64,000 nucleotides of DNA from Octopus sinensis. Lineage: Eukaryota. A program made the position numbers and the translations under genes. Within the stretch, counting starts at the first letter, position 1; every line of letters begins with the position of its first letter. The DNA lies in the NCBI RefSeq assembly GCF_006345805.1, contig NC_043002.1, positions 14,942,001 through 15,006,000 on the forward strand. The letters are read 5' to 3'. Positions 1 to 11,901 of the stretch are shown piece by piece. The notes below the pieces were generated by a model, which saw only the letters and a program-made list of their open reading frames with translations, did not search any database and was not told the DNA's origin.

Positions 1-168
1 AGAAACGAGAAGAATTTTACACCCGTGGATTCAACAATTTGCTGAATAGATTGAATAATAATATCAACTAGCTGGACCGCGAAAATTTCACAGAAAATAT
101 AAAAAATGTAAGAATCTAGAAATTGTGTGCTGCTGCCATGAGAAATGTTTCTATTTTGGGACAGTTAA

Positions 169-340
169 AGGCGGCGAGCTGGTAGAATATTTAGCCTGTC
201 TTTACGTTCTGAGTTCAAATTCTGCTGAGGTAGACTTTGCCTTTCATCCTTTCAGGGTCGATTAATTAAGGACCACACGCATTCTGGGTCGATCTAATCG
301 ACTGGCCCCTTCCTCGCAATATTTCATGACTTGTGCCTAT
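169..340 (+). mobile_element. tRNA-derived SINE, family A (degenerate)
   Basis: GGCGGCGAGCTGG head, GTTCAAATTC B-box-like motif and GCCTTTCATCCTTTC..GGGTCGAT central block shared with copies at 19.2k, 49.7-50.0k, 59.3k and 60.3k. Confidence 0.75.
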
Positions 341-489
341 AGTAGAAATATATATTGCGGCTGTTACAGACTATAGGAAGATGTGTAAAGCCCATAGCTA
401 TATAATCCAATCGAAATATCTGTTACCCCTAGAATACATCGTACATAGTCGGAGAACCCTCTTGGTTTTGTGGTACGGAACGCTTTTCT

Positions 490-790
490 CCTATTCTTTT
501 ATCCTTTTACTTGTTTCAGTTATTTGACGGTGGCCATGCTGGAGCACCACACTTTAGCCGTAGAAATTGACTACAGGACTTATTCCCTGTAAGCCTGGTG
601 CGTATTCTATCAATCACATCTGTTGAACAGCTAAGTTACAGAGACACATGCACACCAACATCGGTTGTCAAGCCATGGTGGTGGTCGGAAAAATCACAGA
701 CACAAACACACACACAAAAATATATAAATATATACATACATACGTAAACACACATACACACACACACATAGATATATATATACATGACGG
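490..790 (-). mobile_element. SINE family B, 3' part (degenerate)
   Basis: TTACTTGTTTCAGT..GGCCATGCTGGAGCACC block shared with the 8176-8580 and 18120-18531 copies. Confidence 0.7.
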
Positions 791-1189
791 ACTTGGTGGT
801 GGTTGCTGGTGTGATTATGCCGAGAGAGCTTCGTTTGTCATATTTTCTAAGTGCAGTTGCCTTTGCTTTTGACTTATGTGTTCCCGATTCTGTTAATTTC
901 TATGTCTCTTATTGTGAAAATACACTTCTCTTTGGTGCGTGTTCCCGATTCTGTTGAGCTCTATCTCTCTTATTTTGAAAATACACTTCTCTTTGGTGCT
1001 GGTTCATTTTTTCTATCCTTTGCTGATTTCTTTCTCTCCTATACCGTAGGATACGCTCCATGTGCGCTTGGCTTATTTCTTTTCTTCTCTGTCTCATCCG
1101 CGCATGATTTTGATTCCTTATTTCCTCCCGCTGTTCCTCGCACAACTGTTCTCTACTTCTACGCTGATGTCCTCGTTTACTGGTGCCAT

Positions 1190-1340
1190 GAGAAATGTTT
1201 GTATATTATGACCGTCTGTTTTTTTTTACGCACTGAGTTCAAATTCTGTCGAGGCTTTGCCTTTCTTCATTTGGGGCTCGATAAATTAAGTACCAGTTGT
1301 GTACTGGCGTCGATCCAATCAACTGTCTCCCTCCCCACAA
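1190..1340 (+). mobile_element. SINE family A fragment
   Basis: GAGTTCAAATTC..GAGG..TTTGCCTTTC..GGG.TCGATAAATTAAGTACCAG. Confidence 0.6.
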
Positions 1341-1479
1341 AAAAGTTCAAACCCAGAAAAGAATGTCGTCACAGTTACAGAATATAGAATGTAATGTAAC
1401 ACCGATGAATATATAATCCAAAAATTATATCTCAACTACACAAACGTAAAATGAATTACTATTTAACCTTACAATACAT

Positions 1480-1680
1480 CGTACATATTGAAAGAACCTT
1501 CTTGGTTTAGTGGTACGGGAGGTTTTCCTGGCATTATTTTATCCTTTTATTTGTTTCAGTCATTTGACGGTATCCAGTTTGGAGCAGCACCATTTAGTCA
1601 AAGAAATTTACCCCTGGACTTGTTCCCTGTAAACCTGGTGTTTATTCTGTCAATAGCTTCTGCTGAACAGCTGAATTTCT
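1480..1680 (-). mobile_element. SINE family B fragment
   Basis: Similar to the 440-640 region (TTTTATTTGTTTCAGTCATTTGACGG..GGAGCAGCACC). Confidence 0.6.
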
Positions 1681-1869
1681 ACCGACATGTTGCTTTGCCA
1701 TTTAGTTGTCTTCAAAATTGAAATTGATATCCTATATTTCCAGTGTGTAAGTCTCTCCTGATTTCAGTATCTACCGTCTCTTTCACTCTCTTTCCCTTTC
1801 ATTTTCTTTGTGTCCCTCTTCTCTCCTGCATTTGATTTAACAATGTGTATATGTATCTATCTACTTCTC

Positions 1870-1897
1870 TTGCGATGAACGCCGTCACCACTCACCG

Positions 1898-1939
<42 letters not shown>

Positions 1940-2230
1940 TCTCTCTCTTACTCACCAACATTTTCTCTCTCTCTCACAGTCTTTCTTTGTCTCTTAGGTC
2001 CTCTCCGAAACATTTAAAAGGACAAAACGAACGCCGTCACCACTCACTATCGCTTTCACTCTCTGTCTCTCTTTCTCTCATACTTACTCTCTGAAACATT
2101 TCAAAACAAAAAAGGAACGCCGACACTACTCACTGTCTCTTTCATTCTCTCTCTCTTTCTCTCCCACTTTCTCTTTCTCTCCAACTCTTTCTTTCTCTCT
2201 CACTTTCCCTTTGTCCTCTCTCTCGGTTTG
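1870..2230. repeat. (TC)n-rich tract with a recurring GAACGCCGTCACCACTCAC motif (3 copies)
   Basis: Motif seen near 1877, 2028 and 2114. Confidence 0.75.
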
Positions 2231-2880
2231 CCACTTTGAAGTGTGACACACACCGCAGGTACCTACAAACACAAATAGTTAGCGTATTAATATCAATGAT
2301 GATAATGAGGGTAAATATTATCTTGATTGAATATATTAACTGAGACTACAGGGGCTTCTGTTCGTCGCCACTCTTGGCATGCGACACGTGTTTCTTTCAA
2401 AATTAATGCACTTAATTTTGCATATTTGTCTAACCATATCCACACGGGCGCGCACACACACACACACATTTGCATATATACATTGAGGGATTGAATACGT
2501 GAATTTCACCTCTTTCCAATATATTTTTAATAAGTTATTATCATAATCATTATTGTTGAACCTCAAGTCAGCTCCGATTAATCAGAATGATCATTGCTTC
2601 TAGGTTCATCGACCGTTTCTATTTATCATCTTGTACTCTAGAATATCTCGTTCGGCCTTTCTACTGAAAATTTTAATATGACGTCATTTAAGCTAATATT
2701 TATAGTAGGCCAAATTATCACCTAATTGCACCTTTCTTGAAGTGTGGTGTCATCCGTGAAATGAATTTACGTGATTTAATACGTAAATTAATGTAAAACC
2801 TTGTTTTTGCAAGATTTGAGAAGCAATGAAATGAGCGAGCACAGTTCGAAGACACCCAAAAAGATATAATTAATTCATTT

Positions 2881-3437
2881 GCAGTTCTTCTTCTTCTTCT
2901 TCTTCTTCTTCTTCTTCTTTTTCTTCCTCTTCTTTTTATTCTTCTTCTTCTTATTCTTATTCTTCTTCTTCTTCTTTTTTCTTCTTCTTCTTCTTCTTTT
3001 TCTTCTTCTTCTTCTTCTTCTTCTACCTCTACTCCTTCTTCCTCTTCTCCTTCTTCTTCTTCTACTTTTACTCCTTCTTCTTCTTCTTCTACTCCTTCTT
3101 CTTCTTCTTTTACCTCTACTCCTCCTTCTTCTTCTTCTTTTCTTCTTCTACTCCTTCTTTTCTTCTCCTCCTCCTCCTTCTTCTTCTTCTTCTACTCCTT
3201 CTCCTCCTCTCCTCCTTCTTCTTTTCTTCTTCTTCTACTTCTGCTTCTTCTTCTTCTTCTTATACTCCTTATTCTCCTCCTCATCCTTCTTCTTCTTCTA
3301 CTCCTTCTTCTCCTCCTCCTCCTCCTCCTTCTTCTTCTTCTTCTACTCCTTCTCCTCCTCTCCTCCTCCTTCTTCTTCTTCTTCTTCTTCTTCTACTTCT
3401 TCTTCTTCTTCTTCTTCTTCTTTTTCTTCTACTCCTT

Positions 3438-3470
<33 letters not shown>

Positions 3471-3482
3471 CCACTCCTCCTT
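2881..3482. repeat. (TTC/CTC)n compound microsatellite
   Basis: Directly visible; accounts for the poly-F/L/S ORFs. Confidence 0.97.
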
Positions 3483-3565
3483 CCCATTTTGATCCATGAT
3501 CAACCACTTGCTTCTGCAGATTATTAACAAAAACACGTTACTATTATTACTAAGTCACGGAGCTG

Positions 3566-3749
3566 CCAGTACATTTAGTACTAGTTGATTTCTGGCTTCG
3601 ATGTATGTAGTCCCTCGACCGAAATTGCAAGATTCGTGACAGAATTTCAAACCATAAATATTGTTAGCATCATTGCTGAGTTGGCGCAAGTAACCATGTT
3701 GGCATTGATTTGTGGGATAGTCTCTGGCTGGGGTTAACTCATCACTTTT
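3566..3749. repeat. Local direct repeat copy 1 (~185 bp; partner 7832-8013)
   Basis: GCCAG.ACATTTAGTA.TAGTTGATTTCTGGCTTCGATGTATGTAGTCCCTCGACCGAAATTGC...GGCTGGGGTTAACT.ATCACTTT present twice, roughly 85% identical by eye. Confidence 0.85.
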
Positions 3750-3899
3750 CTCTCATTTTTTTGTAGTTATAAATTGTCGCTTCAAATCACAGAATAAAAT
3801 AGTTTTAGAGTTATTTGACATAAACCTCATTCAGTTGTAATTGACTTCAGATACAATAACCTTATTATTAACATTTCTAGGAGGATGGATGGTATTAGC

Positions 3900-5002
3900 T
3901 AAATTAATGTTAGTATTAGTAAATGTATCCCTATTTAACAAGCTAATTTTATGTCAGGAGATAATTTGTAAGAGATTTGTTGTGTTGGAAAAGCCAATCC
4001 TAACGTGTATGAGTTGATAATAGAATAATACAAGACTTCTTTGAAAAATCCCTAAAGAAACAGCAAAAGATTATTAGATTTAATTTGCCCCCATAAGGAA
4101 TAATCATCGAAATAATTTTACTATTAGTTACCTTATTTTTAGTGTAACTATCTTTGAAGGACATAGATTTAACCTTAGAACGAAAATAGGAGTTTAAATA
4201 AGGGTTATTCCCCTCCCTCTGTTTGGTGTTGGCGTGTAAATTAAAATTGTTATCGTTTATATCCTTACAACTAGATTTCATATCTCCGTAGGAAAGGTAG
4301 AATAAGATTGAATAGAATTAATGTTGGTAATTGTCTCTGTATAACTGGCTTTAGGTAAGGCAGAGTTATAAAATTCGGGGTTATCATTAAAAATGTCAAC
4401 ATTAGCAGATAAATTTGACTTTCTAAATGAAAATTCTTAAGTTCCTAGTAATTGCCTAGTAATTGCCCTAGAATGATTACGGAATTTGCTAATATACTTA
4501 AGATTGATCGATGGTTTATGGTATGGGAAGTACGAAGTATTGTGTAAGTTAAGTGTAATATCTAACAAATTGGCCTCCGTTACTTCATCATCAAAAACGA
4601 TGCTTAAGCCCATTCTACGGAAAAACTCAACTAAACTATTCTTAAGTATTTGTACTTTTTGGTCGGAAACATTTTGAAGGTAAAGTATACAACCATCATG
4701 ATATAGACCGCCATTTGTGTTTGGGAAGTGTTCTGCAATATCAAAAAGTATGTATATATATATATATATATATATAATATGTGTGTGTGTGTGTGTGGTG
4801 TGTGTGTGTGTATCTCCAACAACTATGTTACTATACACAAAATTTTATAACATGTTTCTAACATAACGACTTAAATATATTCTTTAACCTTATAAAACAA
4901 GCCTTCTGTATTTTTTTCACTCTTTTCTATTTTTTATACATCCAATCACCTGCTTTCACACACCAACTTTCTCACACACACTCACACACACACACACACA
5001 CA

Positions 5003-5054
<52 letters not shown>

Positions 5055-5200
5055 ATATATATATATATATACAGACTAAATTAGCTACTTGTGCTGAATC
5101 AGAACTTCCAATTGTAATATCAAAACCTTCTGGTGTGTCTTTACAGACCCACAACCTATTGTCAAACTTATTATCTCTCTGATAAGATTTCACCATTCGA
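3900..5200 (-). mobile_element. Penelope-like element RT fragment, degenerate and interrupted by microsatellites
   Basis: Minus-strand peptides FDITIGSSDSAQVANLV (RT motif B-like), YHDGCILY (YxDD-like) and LLDITLNLHNTSYFPYHKP..KYISKFRNHSRAITRQL (PLE thumb-like). Confidence 0.8.
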
Positions 5201-6321
5201 AGCGAATAGAAATAAGAAGAGTTTATGATTGATATAATGCAGCAGGATCTTCTTCGAGATGATCGTATTGCCCTTCCCTTACTTTAAATCTTTAGAACTG
5301 AATTGATATCACATCACATGTGTATTGAACCTGTAAAGTTACAAATATGTCATCTAATTGTGAGAACTAATTTAGGAACTTATTGTATGCATATCTTAAT
5401 TGTAAACGTTTTAAATATGTTATAATTTTCATAGATATTTCAGAGAGATTAAAGCACAAACAACTTATGCAGCTCTTGTTTACATTGTGATATCAATTTA
5501 ATGAATGTTGCATACAAATAATCCTCCGGGGTCGAATATTGATAATATTGTGATGAATATAATTATCACGGGAACAAACGATGTGATACATAGATATTCA
5601 CAGAATATATTTACGTACAAAGGAATACTCTGCGGGCTTCAAATATTTTACGTATGCAGTGCAGATCCCCTAGTGTCACCGAACATATCGAATGAATGAA
5701 ATTATTTTCAGACATTAGCATAATATATAATTAGTACATGAAATGTAAATGTCATATGCTGAAGTTTTAATGAACGTGTAACGTATTCCAATTAACTCGA
5801 CTTAATGGGTAAATTCGATTCTTTTTTCAATGTGATAGGTTTTATTATATATTTTAATTATATCATTCCTTCTAAATGGTGTTACTTAGGTTTTTCATCA
5901 TATTCTCATATTCTCTAATATAAATATATTTTAATGAATAACTAAATGACGTATGTTTGACTTTATAACTTCAGGCTGTTCGTGACTTATTAATTTGTGC
6001 AATAAGAAATATTATCACATATATACACCAACACACATACACACACACACATATCTATATATATGTGTGTATATATATATACATATATAAATATATATGT
6101 TTATATATATCTATGTACTAATGTACGGATGTATATTTGCATGTATGCATATTACGTGGGTGTATATGTGTGCATATCTGTATATATGTGTATATGTGAG
6201 TAAGTATATATGGCTGTATATAAATATCAATGTTCACTGAAATACTACCTTTCAATTTCCAATCATATACATACATGTGTACATGTGTTCTTTAGTGCGT
6301 GTGTATGTGTGTGTTTATCTG

Positions 6322-6362
<41 letters not shown>

Positions 6363-6465
6363 ATCAATATATATATTTATATATATATATATATATACAC
6401 AAACACAAGCTCATGCGCATATGTATATATAAATATAGATGTACACATAATATATATACAGATAT

Positions 6466-6537
<72 letters not shown>

Positions 6538-6685
6538 GGTTAAGTAATTGAGATTCTAGTGAATTCTAAAGAATTCACATGAATAAGGTCCTTATCTAGG
6601 ATGCACCGGATATCAATATGGTGTTAGCCATACGACAAGTGGGGTGATTATAAATAGGAAAAAAGCAACAAGAATGGATTAAAAT

Positions 6686-6771
6686 CTCGGTACGATCGTT
6701 TCGTACGAGGACATCTTTAATAAGCTACGAACAATGCAGTGAATACAGATGGCTCGTACTAGTCAGCCGAA
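6686..6771 (-). ncRNA. Mirror hammerhead copy with core mutation CUGACUA (G8U)
   Basis: Reverse complement of the left palindrome arm. Confidence 0.7.
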
Positions 6772-6884
6772 AAAATATCAGAGAATTCCCAAACATCAAA
6801 AGGGGTAGATATAAAAGAGGTTGTAGGTCCTACAACCTCTTTTATATCTACCCCTTTTGATGTTTGGGAATTCTCTGATATTTT

Positions 6885-6970
6885 TTCGGCTGACGAGTAC
6901 GAGCCATCTGTATTCACTGCATTTTTTGTAGCTTATTAAAGATGCCCTCGTACGAAACGATCGTACCGAG
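6885..6970 (+). ncRNA. Type I hammerhead ribozyme, minimal PLE type with palindromic helix III
   Basis: Stem I UUCGG/CCGAG; CUGACGA; stem II GUACGAG/CUCGUAC with long insert; GAAA; helix III ACGAUCGU; GUA triplet, predicted cut after 6965. Confidence 0.85.
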
Positions 6971-7020
6971 ATTTTACTCCATTCTTGTTGCTTTTTTCCT
7001 ATATATATATATATATAATA

Positions 7021-7065
<45 letters not shown>

Positions 7066-7831
7066 CAATATATGTATATACATACATATAATATATATAT
7101 ACACAAACACACATATATATATATGCATATAATATATATATATATATAATATATATATATATTATATATATATATATGCATACATGGGCTTATATATATT
7201 GAAAAACCCCTGTTCATATATCAATGATATTAATTGTATCTCATATGTGTTTTATTGAAATGAGAAATTAGCACCAGTAGAACTACAATATGCAAACCTC
7301 CCAATGCACTTGAGATTTTATTGCAATATTGGAAATTTGAAATGACTTGGGGAACTATATTTTATCTTATTCCATAATAAGCAAGCACGGTAGAGTTAGT
7401 TAAGTGAAGAAACGATGATAAAGTAAAATGATCAGTGCCAATGGTAAATATTGCTATTTGCATTCCATTTTGCGTATCAAATGAAATTTATTGAACAAGC
7501 CTCTTCTATATACTCATATATTCGCTAATATATGAAGATTTGTTGGTGTCAGCGTACGTTAAGTTTGTATTCATTTCCAATTAGTAATTGTGGATACCAG
7601 ATGTTATTCATTTTGGTTAATCAGACGTTTTACTTTTGATAAATATATATATAGATGGGTAAATTTGCAGATTATCATATTTAAATGATGTTTTAAAAGC
7701 ATAATATTAACTACAATATGCAGATACGTATAAAGTTTGCAGAACATATATATTTAGAATCACAAACTTAGAGAACAGCTAGTTTCAGACGAATTTAAGA
7801 ACGATAAATAAAATCGATGCTTAATTTGTGC

Positions 7832-8013
7832 CAGCACATTTAGTAATAGTTGATTTCTGGCTTCGATGTATGTAGTCCCTCGACCGAAATTGCTAGAGTC
7901 GTGACGGAATTTGAAACCATAAATATTGTTAGCATCAGTGCTTAGTTGGCGCAAGTAACCATGTTGGCATTAATTTGTAGGATCACTTCTGGCTGGGGTT
8001 AACTGATCACTTT
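7832..8013. repeat. Local direct repeat copy 2 (partner 3566-3749)
   Basis: Same block as 3566-3749. Confidence 0.85.
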
Positions 8014-8175
8014 GTAAGAGAATGAAATTTTGTTTTGTTGTTATTGTAGTTCTGATACGAACAATATAGTTTTCTTAGATGTTTTATGAGATTTTATTTA
8101 AGGAGAATAAGGTTCACGAGATGTTTCGATATGAATAACAAGTGGAGAAAGCAAAACAACGATTTCTTTTAATAG

Positions 8176-8580
8176 GCGCAGGAGTGGCTGTGTGGTAAGT
8201 AGCTTGCTAACCAACCACATGGTTCCGGGTTCAGTCCCACTGCGTGGCATCTTGGGCAGGTGTCTTCTGCTATAGCCCCGAGTCGACCAATGCCTTGTGA
8301 GTGGATTTGGTAGACGGAAACTAAAAGAAGCCTGTCGTATATATGTATATATATGTATGTGTGTGTGTGTGTGTTTGCGTGTCTGTGTTTGTCCCCCTAG
8401 CATTGCATGACAACCAATGCTGGTGTGTTTACGTCCCCGTCACTTAGCGTTTTGGCAAAAGAGACCGATAGAATAAGTACTGGGCTTACAAAGAATAAGT
8501 CCTGGGGTCGATTTACTCGACTAAAAGCGGTGCTCCAGCATGGCCGCAGTCAAATGACTGAAACAAGTAAAAGAGTAAAG
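8176..8580 (+). mobile_element. tRNA-derived SINE family B, full length
   Basis: GGCGCAGGAGTGGCTGTGTGG (A box)..GGGTTCAGTCCC (B box); internal TA/TG microsatellite; AAGTAAAAGAGTAAA tail. Confidence 0.9.
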
Positions 8581-11499
8581 GCAGTAGAGAAAGTTACAGT
8601 AACACACGATTATTTGGAGACTTGTGCGTAAATAGACAAATTGAATTCGTTAACCTTTGCCTTAAATTGAAAAATAAAATAAAATATGTTTTCCTGTATC
8701 AGTCTTTGGGTGGCAGATCTATATAGCTAGAATTATAAGGAACATGCATATAGGAGCAGTCATGCTGAGAAGAGAAGTAACTAGTTCGTAACTAGTCTGC
8801 ATAGCTTTCAGCTCTATTGGCATACGTAGGACTTTGGACAATTGTCATTAGTATAACCACAAAGACATGTGAGAGTATTTAGAAAACGAAAAGTGAAAGA
8901 AGCAAAAGCTCGTTACGTGTCTCTTTCTTTCTCTCCCTCTCTCTTCTTCTCTCTCTCTCTCCAGTGTCTAGATTTTAAAAAAATATCAATTGAATATCTA
9001 TGTCTGGGTGAGGTGTTTGAGATGATAAAGTACTATTTCAAATCTAGCGGCATCTCGTCTTCGATTACCTTCCAGGTCCAGTTCGACCATTCTCGACTTT
9101 GCTCTTCATCGCTTCGGTTTCAATAAAAACTGTTATTACTTGAGTATTTGGGCGTAGTAACTGCTGGCGTTGCATCAAAATTTGAAAGCATTATGTTACA
9201 CGTTATATGAGGCCAACAATTCCAGGAAAGGTATGAAGTAGCACTATACACGGATAAAAAAAACAAACTAGGTATATTTCAAATTTTGTGAAAATTCTAT
9301 TCTATGCATGTTTTACACCACAAATCTTTAATATCAAATTTAAACTTTTTTATCTCGCCGAATATTATGAGAAATCATGATCTCCATGAAAATGTCCACA
9401 TTTCATATCATTTGAACATAAAGAAATGTATTAAGTTGGACAATTAAGAAATTACTAGTAAAAGAATTATAGTTAGAGTGGTATGTTTATACACTTGATA
9501 TTTGTTATTCACAATAAATCTTTTAAATTATTCATAAATAAATGAAAAAAATCAGAGGTGATGGTACTGTATAAAAAGGTAGAGGACCACACCAATTATT
9601 CTCACCCATAGAGGAGATTAAAGCCCCTTGGTAGTCTTGTTTATGCTTCTGGTATAATAGTGATCAACATTCATATTATATATTCAAGAATAAAATTCCG
9701 TTTTACAAAGAACGAGATTAAATTTGTATGTTTGGCGGCAACTTGCGTCAATGTTAAAGCCATCATAAATATAACTACGTTGGTAGACTAGTTAAGTTAA
9801 TATGTTTTTCATACACTGTAGTTCTGCTGATGTTCCCCCGTGCTGTCTATATGTGTAGCAAGTACTGAACTTGCTCATTCGAAATGGAGACGATTGACAT
9901 TTACAAACAAAAGTAGGATTTCTTCGAGACAGTAGTTTGAGTCCTTGTAACATTAAAAGCAAAACAGAATTTGATCGGGGTATTTGAAGTTTTGGTATAA
10001 GTAAAAATATTGATGAGATTCAGTAGCATAATACCTCTGAAACCCACTAATATTACAACAAAAAAATATTAAGGATTTACGCATATACTCAGGAATTCAA
10101 TTGAAGGAAATCATTTCTGCTATGGATGCTGAATTAATGAAGTAGATTGCTGAATTTCGTTTTTGTGGGCTTCAGTTGTAATTTTGTAAAGTTAGATTTT
10201 CTTTCGTAAATTAATATGAAACTTTTCTTTATATAAAGTAATATTTTTTTTTTTCAAAATTAAGTTATATTTATACCAAATCGAATAAATATTTAACCAC
10301 ATTTATTTTATCTGTTGATTTAATTTTCTTTAGCATCGAATAATTTTGCGGGCGGAGAGAAAATGAAACAAACATAATGTACTTCAACATCAAAATGAAT
10401 TTTATGTTTGTAAATCGCTCTTCAAATGAAATAAGTTGTTTTCTATAAAATATTACATCCATAATAAGCACTTTCTAAAAGGCATTAAGTTATAAATGGC
10501 GTTCTACAATATTTATGCTTCTACCTATTTCGTTTTTTTTCTTCGATGCTTTCTTCATGTCGCAATGCTTTCGTATTACATTAAATGCAAGTTGCGTGAA
10601 AGTGTACACATTAATACATATCACAAATCTTAAACAAGAACGCTAACATTTCAAATCATATTACTTCCAAACATTATTGCAAGTCCTTAAGTGATGCCAA
10701 CCTCATTTTCTGCCAAAATATACATTTTTAAAAATAAGTTACATCGAAGCAAACAAGAAATATATTGATTGAATATACGTTAAATGCTCATGTTTCAAAT
10801 AATGTTCATATATCGCATTTTTATATTTCATTTTGCATAGAATAATGCCTTGTGAGCGTGTTTAGTTATTGGTTACCTGTATGAAATTCATAAATGGCTG
10901 CGGTAAAATATTTCATTAAATTAAACTGTCATATGAGAAAAAAAATAATAAAAAAACAATTGCCTTCGAAAGTAGGAAAGACGTACAAGAAGTAATTAGA
11001 AATATTTTGTTCACAAAACGTAAGTCATTGATTCCTTTATATACCATAATAACATCGCATATCGACATTATAAATGTTTTGTTTCAAATTTCACTTTTAA
11101 AAATGAAACATATATATTCTGTTGGTGAACGTTTATTGTAATGTTTATAGAGAAAATTGATTAAGTTTTCAATGTTTAATGAAATATCTTAAAAGTTTTT
11201 TTTTAGCATGAAAAAGATGCAATCGATAAATAAATGCCGTTATAACTGTTCAAGTCCATAAAATCTATCTTGATAGAAGAGTAACTAAATTTCAAAGCAT
11301 ACTGATATCTCTTAGATAATATTTTTGCTGTAGTTTAGATAATATTTGATAGTTGCGCCAACAGATTTAACAAGACTGATTCAGTGTAAATCAGAATGAA
11401 TGGGCAAGTGCATAACCATATTCATATATACACACACGTACCTACATATATATGCGTGTGTTTGTGCTTGCATGAATATATTCATATGTACGTATATAT

Positions 11500-11536
<37 letters not shown>

Positions 11537-11856
11537 CGCTGATGATTTATAGATAAACATGTGAGTAAAATTGCATATTATATTAATAATGAAACAATTG
11601 TTCGGCGTTAATCTATTTTGTCGTTGTATTTCACCTTCCTTACGTTGAATGTAATGTTATTTCTTATTGGAAACGACTTTTGGTGGCTATACCAGAAAAA
11701 GGAGCAATTATTAGCACTAGAGTTAACCACTTAGTGGTAAATCTCTTATATTTAAGTATAAGTCTATTGTCTCCCTGGTTTTTTATGTACTAAGCCATTT
11801 CGTGTTAAATTGATGGTATTATTAAATTAATATCTAATTTGCACCCTCATTTATGA

Positions 11857-11901
<45 letters not shown>

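Larger units (their letters stand above)
6654..7002. repeat. Near-perfect 349-bp palindrome (174-bp arms, 1-nt centre at 6828), PLE pLTR-like
   Basis: ATAGGAAAAAAGCAAC..GAGGTTGTAGG-T-CCTACAACCTC..GTTGCTTTTTTCCTAT, about 5 mismatches; right end abuts (TA)n. Confidence 0.95.

Noticed and set aside
2879-3499. 206-aa and 68-aa ORFs (poly-F/L/S, poly-R)
   Set aside because: Translations of a TTC/CTC microsatellite.
9069-9245. Minus-strand exon-like segment with GAAG|GTAAT donor
   Set aside because: All three frames contain stops, and joining to the 5332 acceptor gives stops in every phase.
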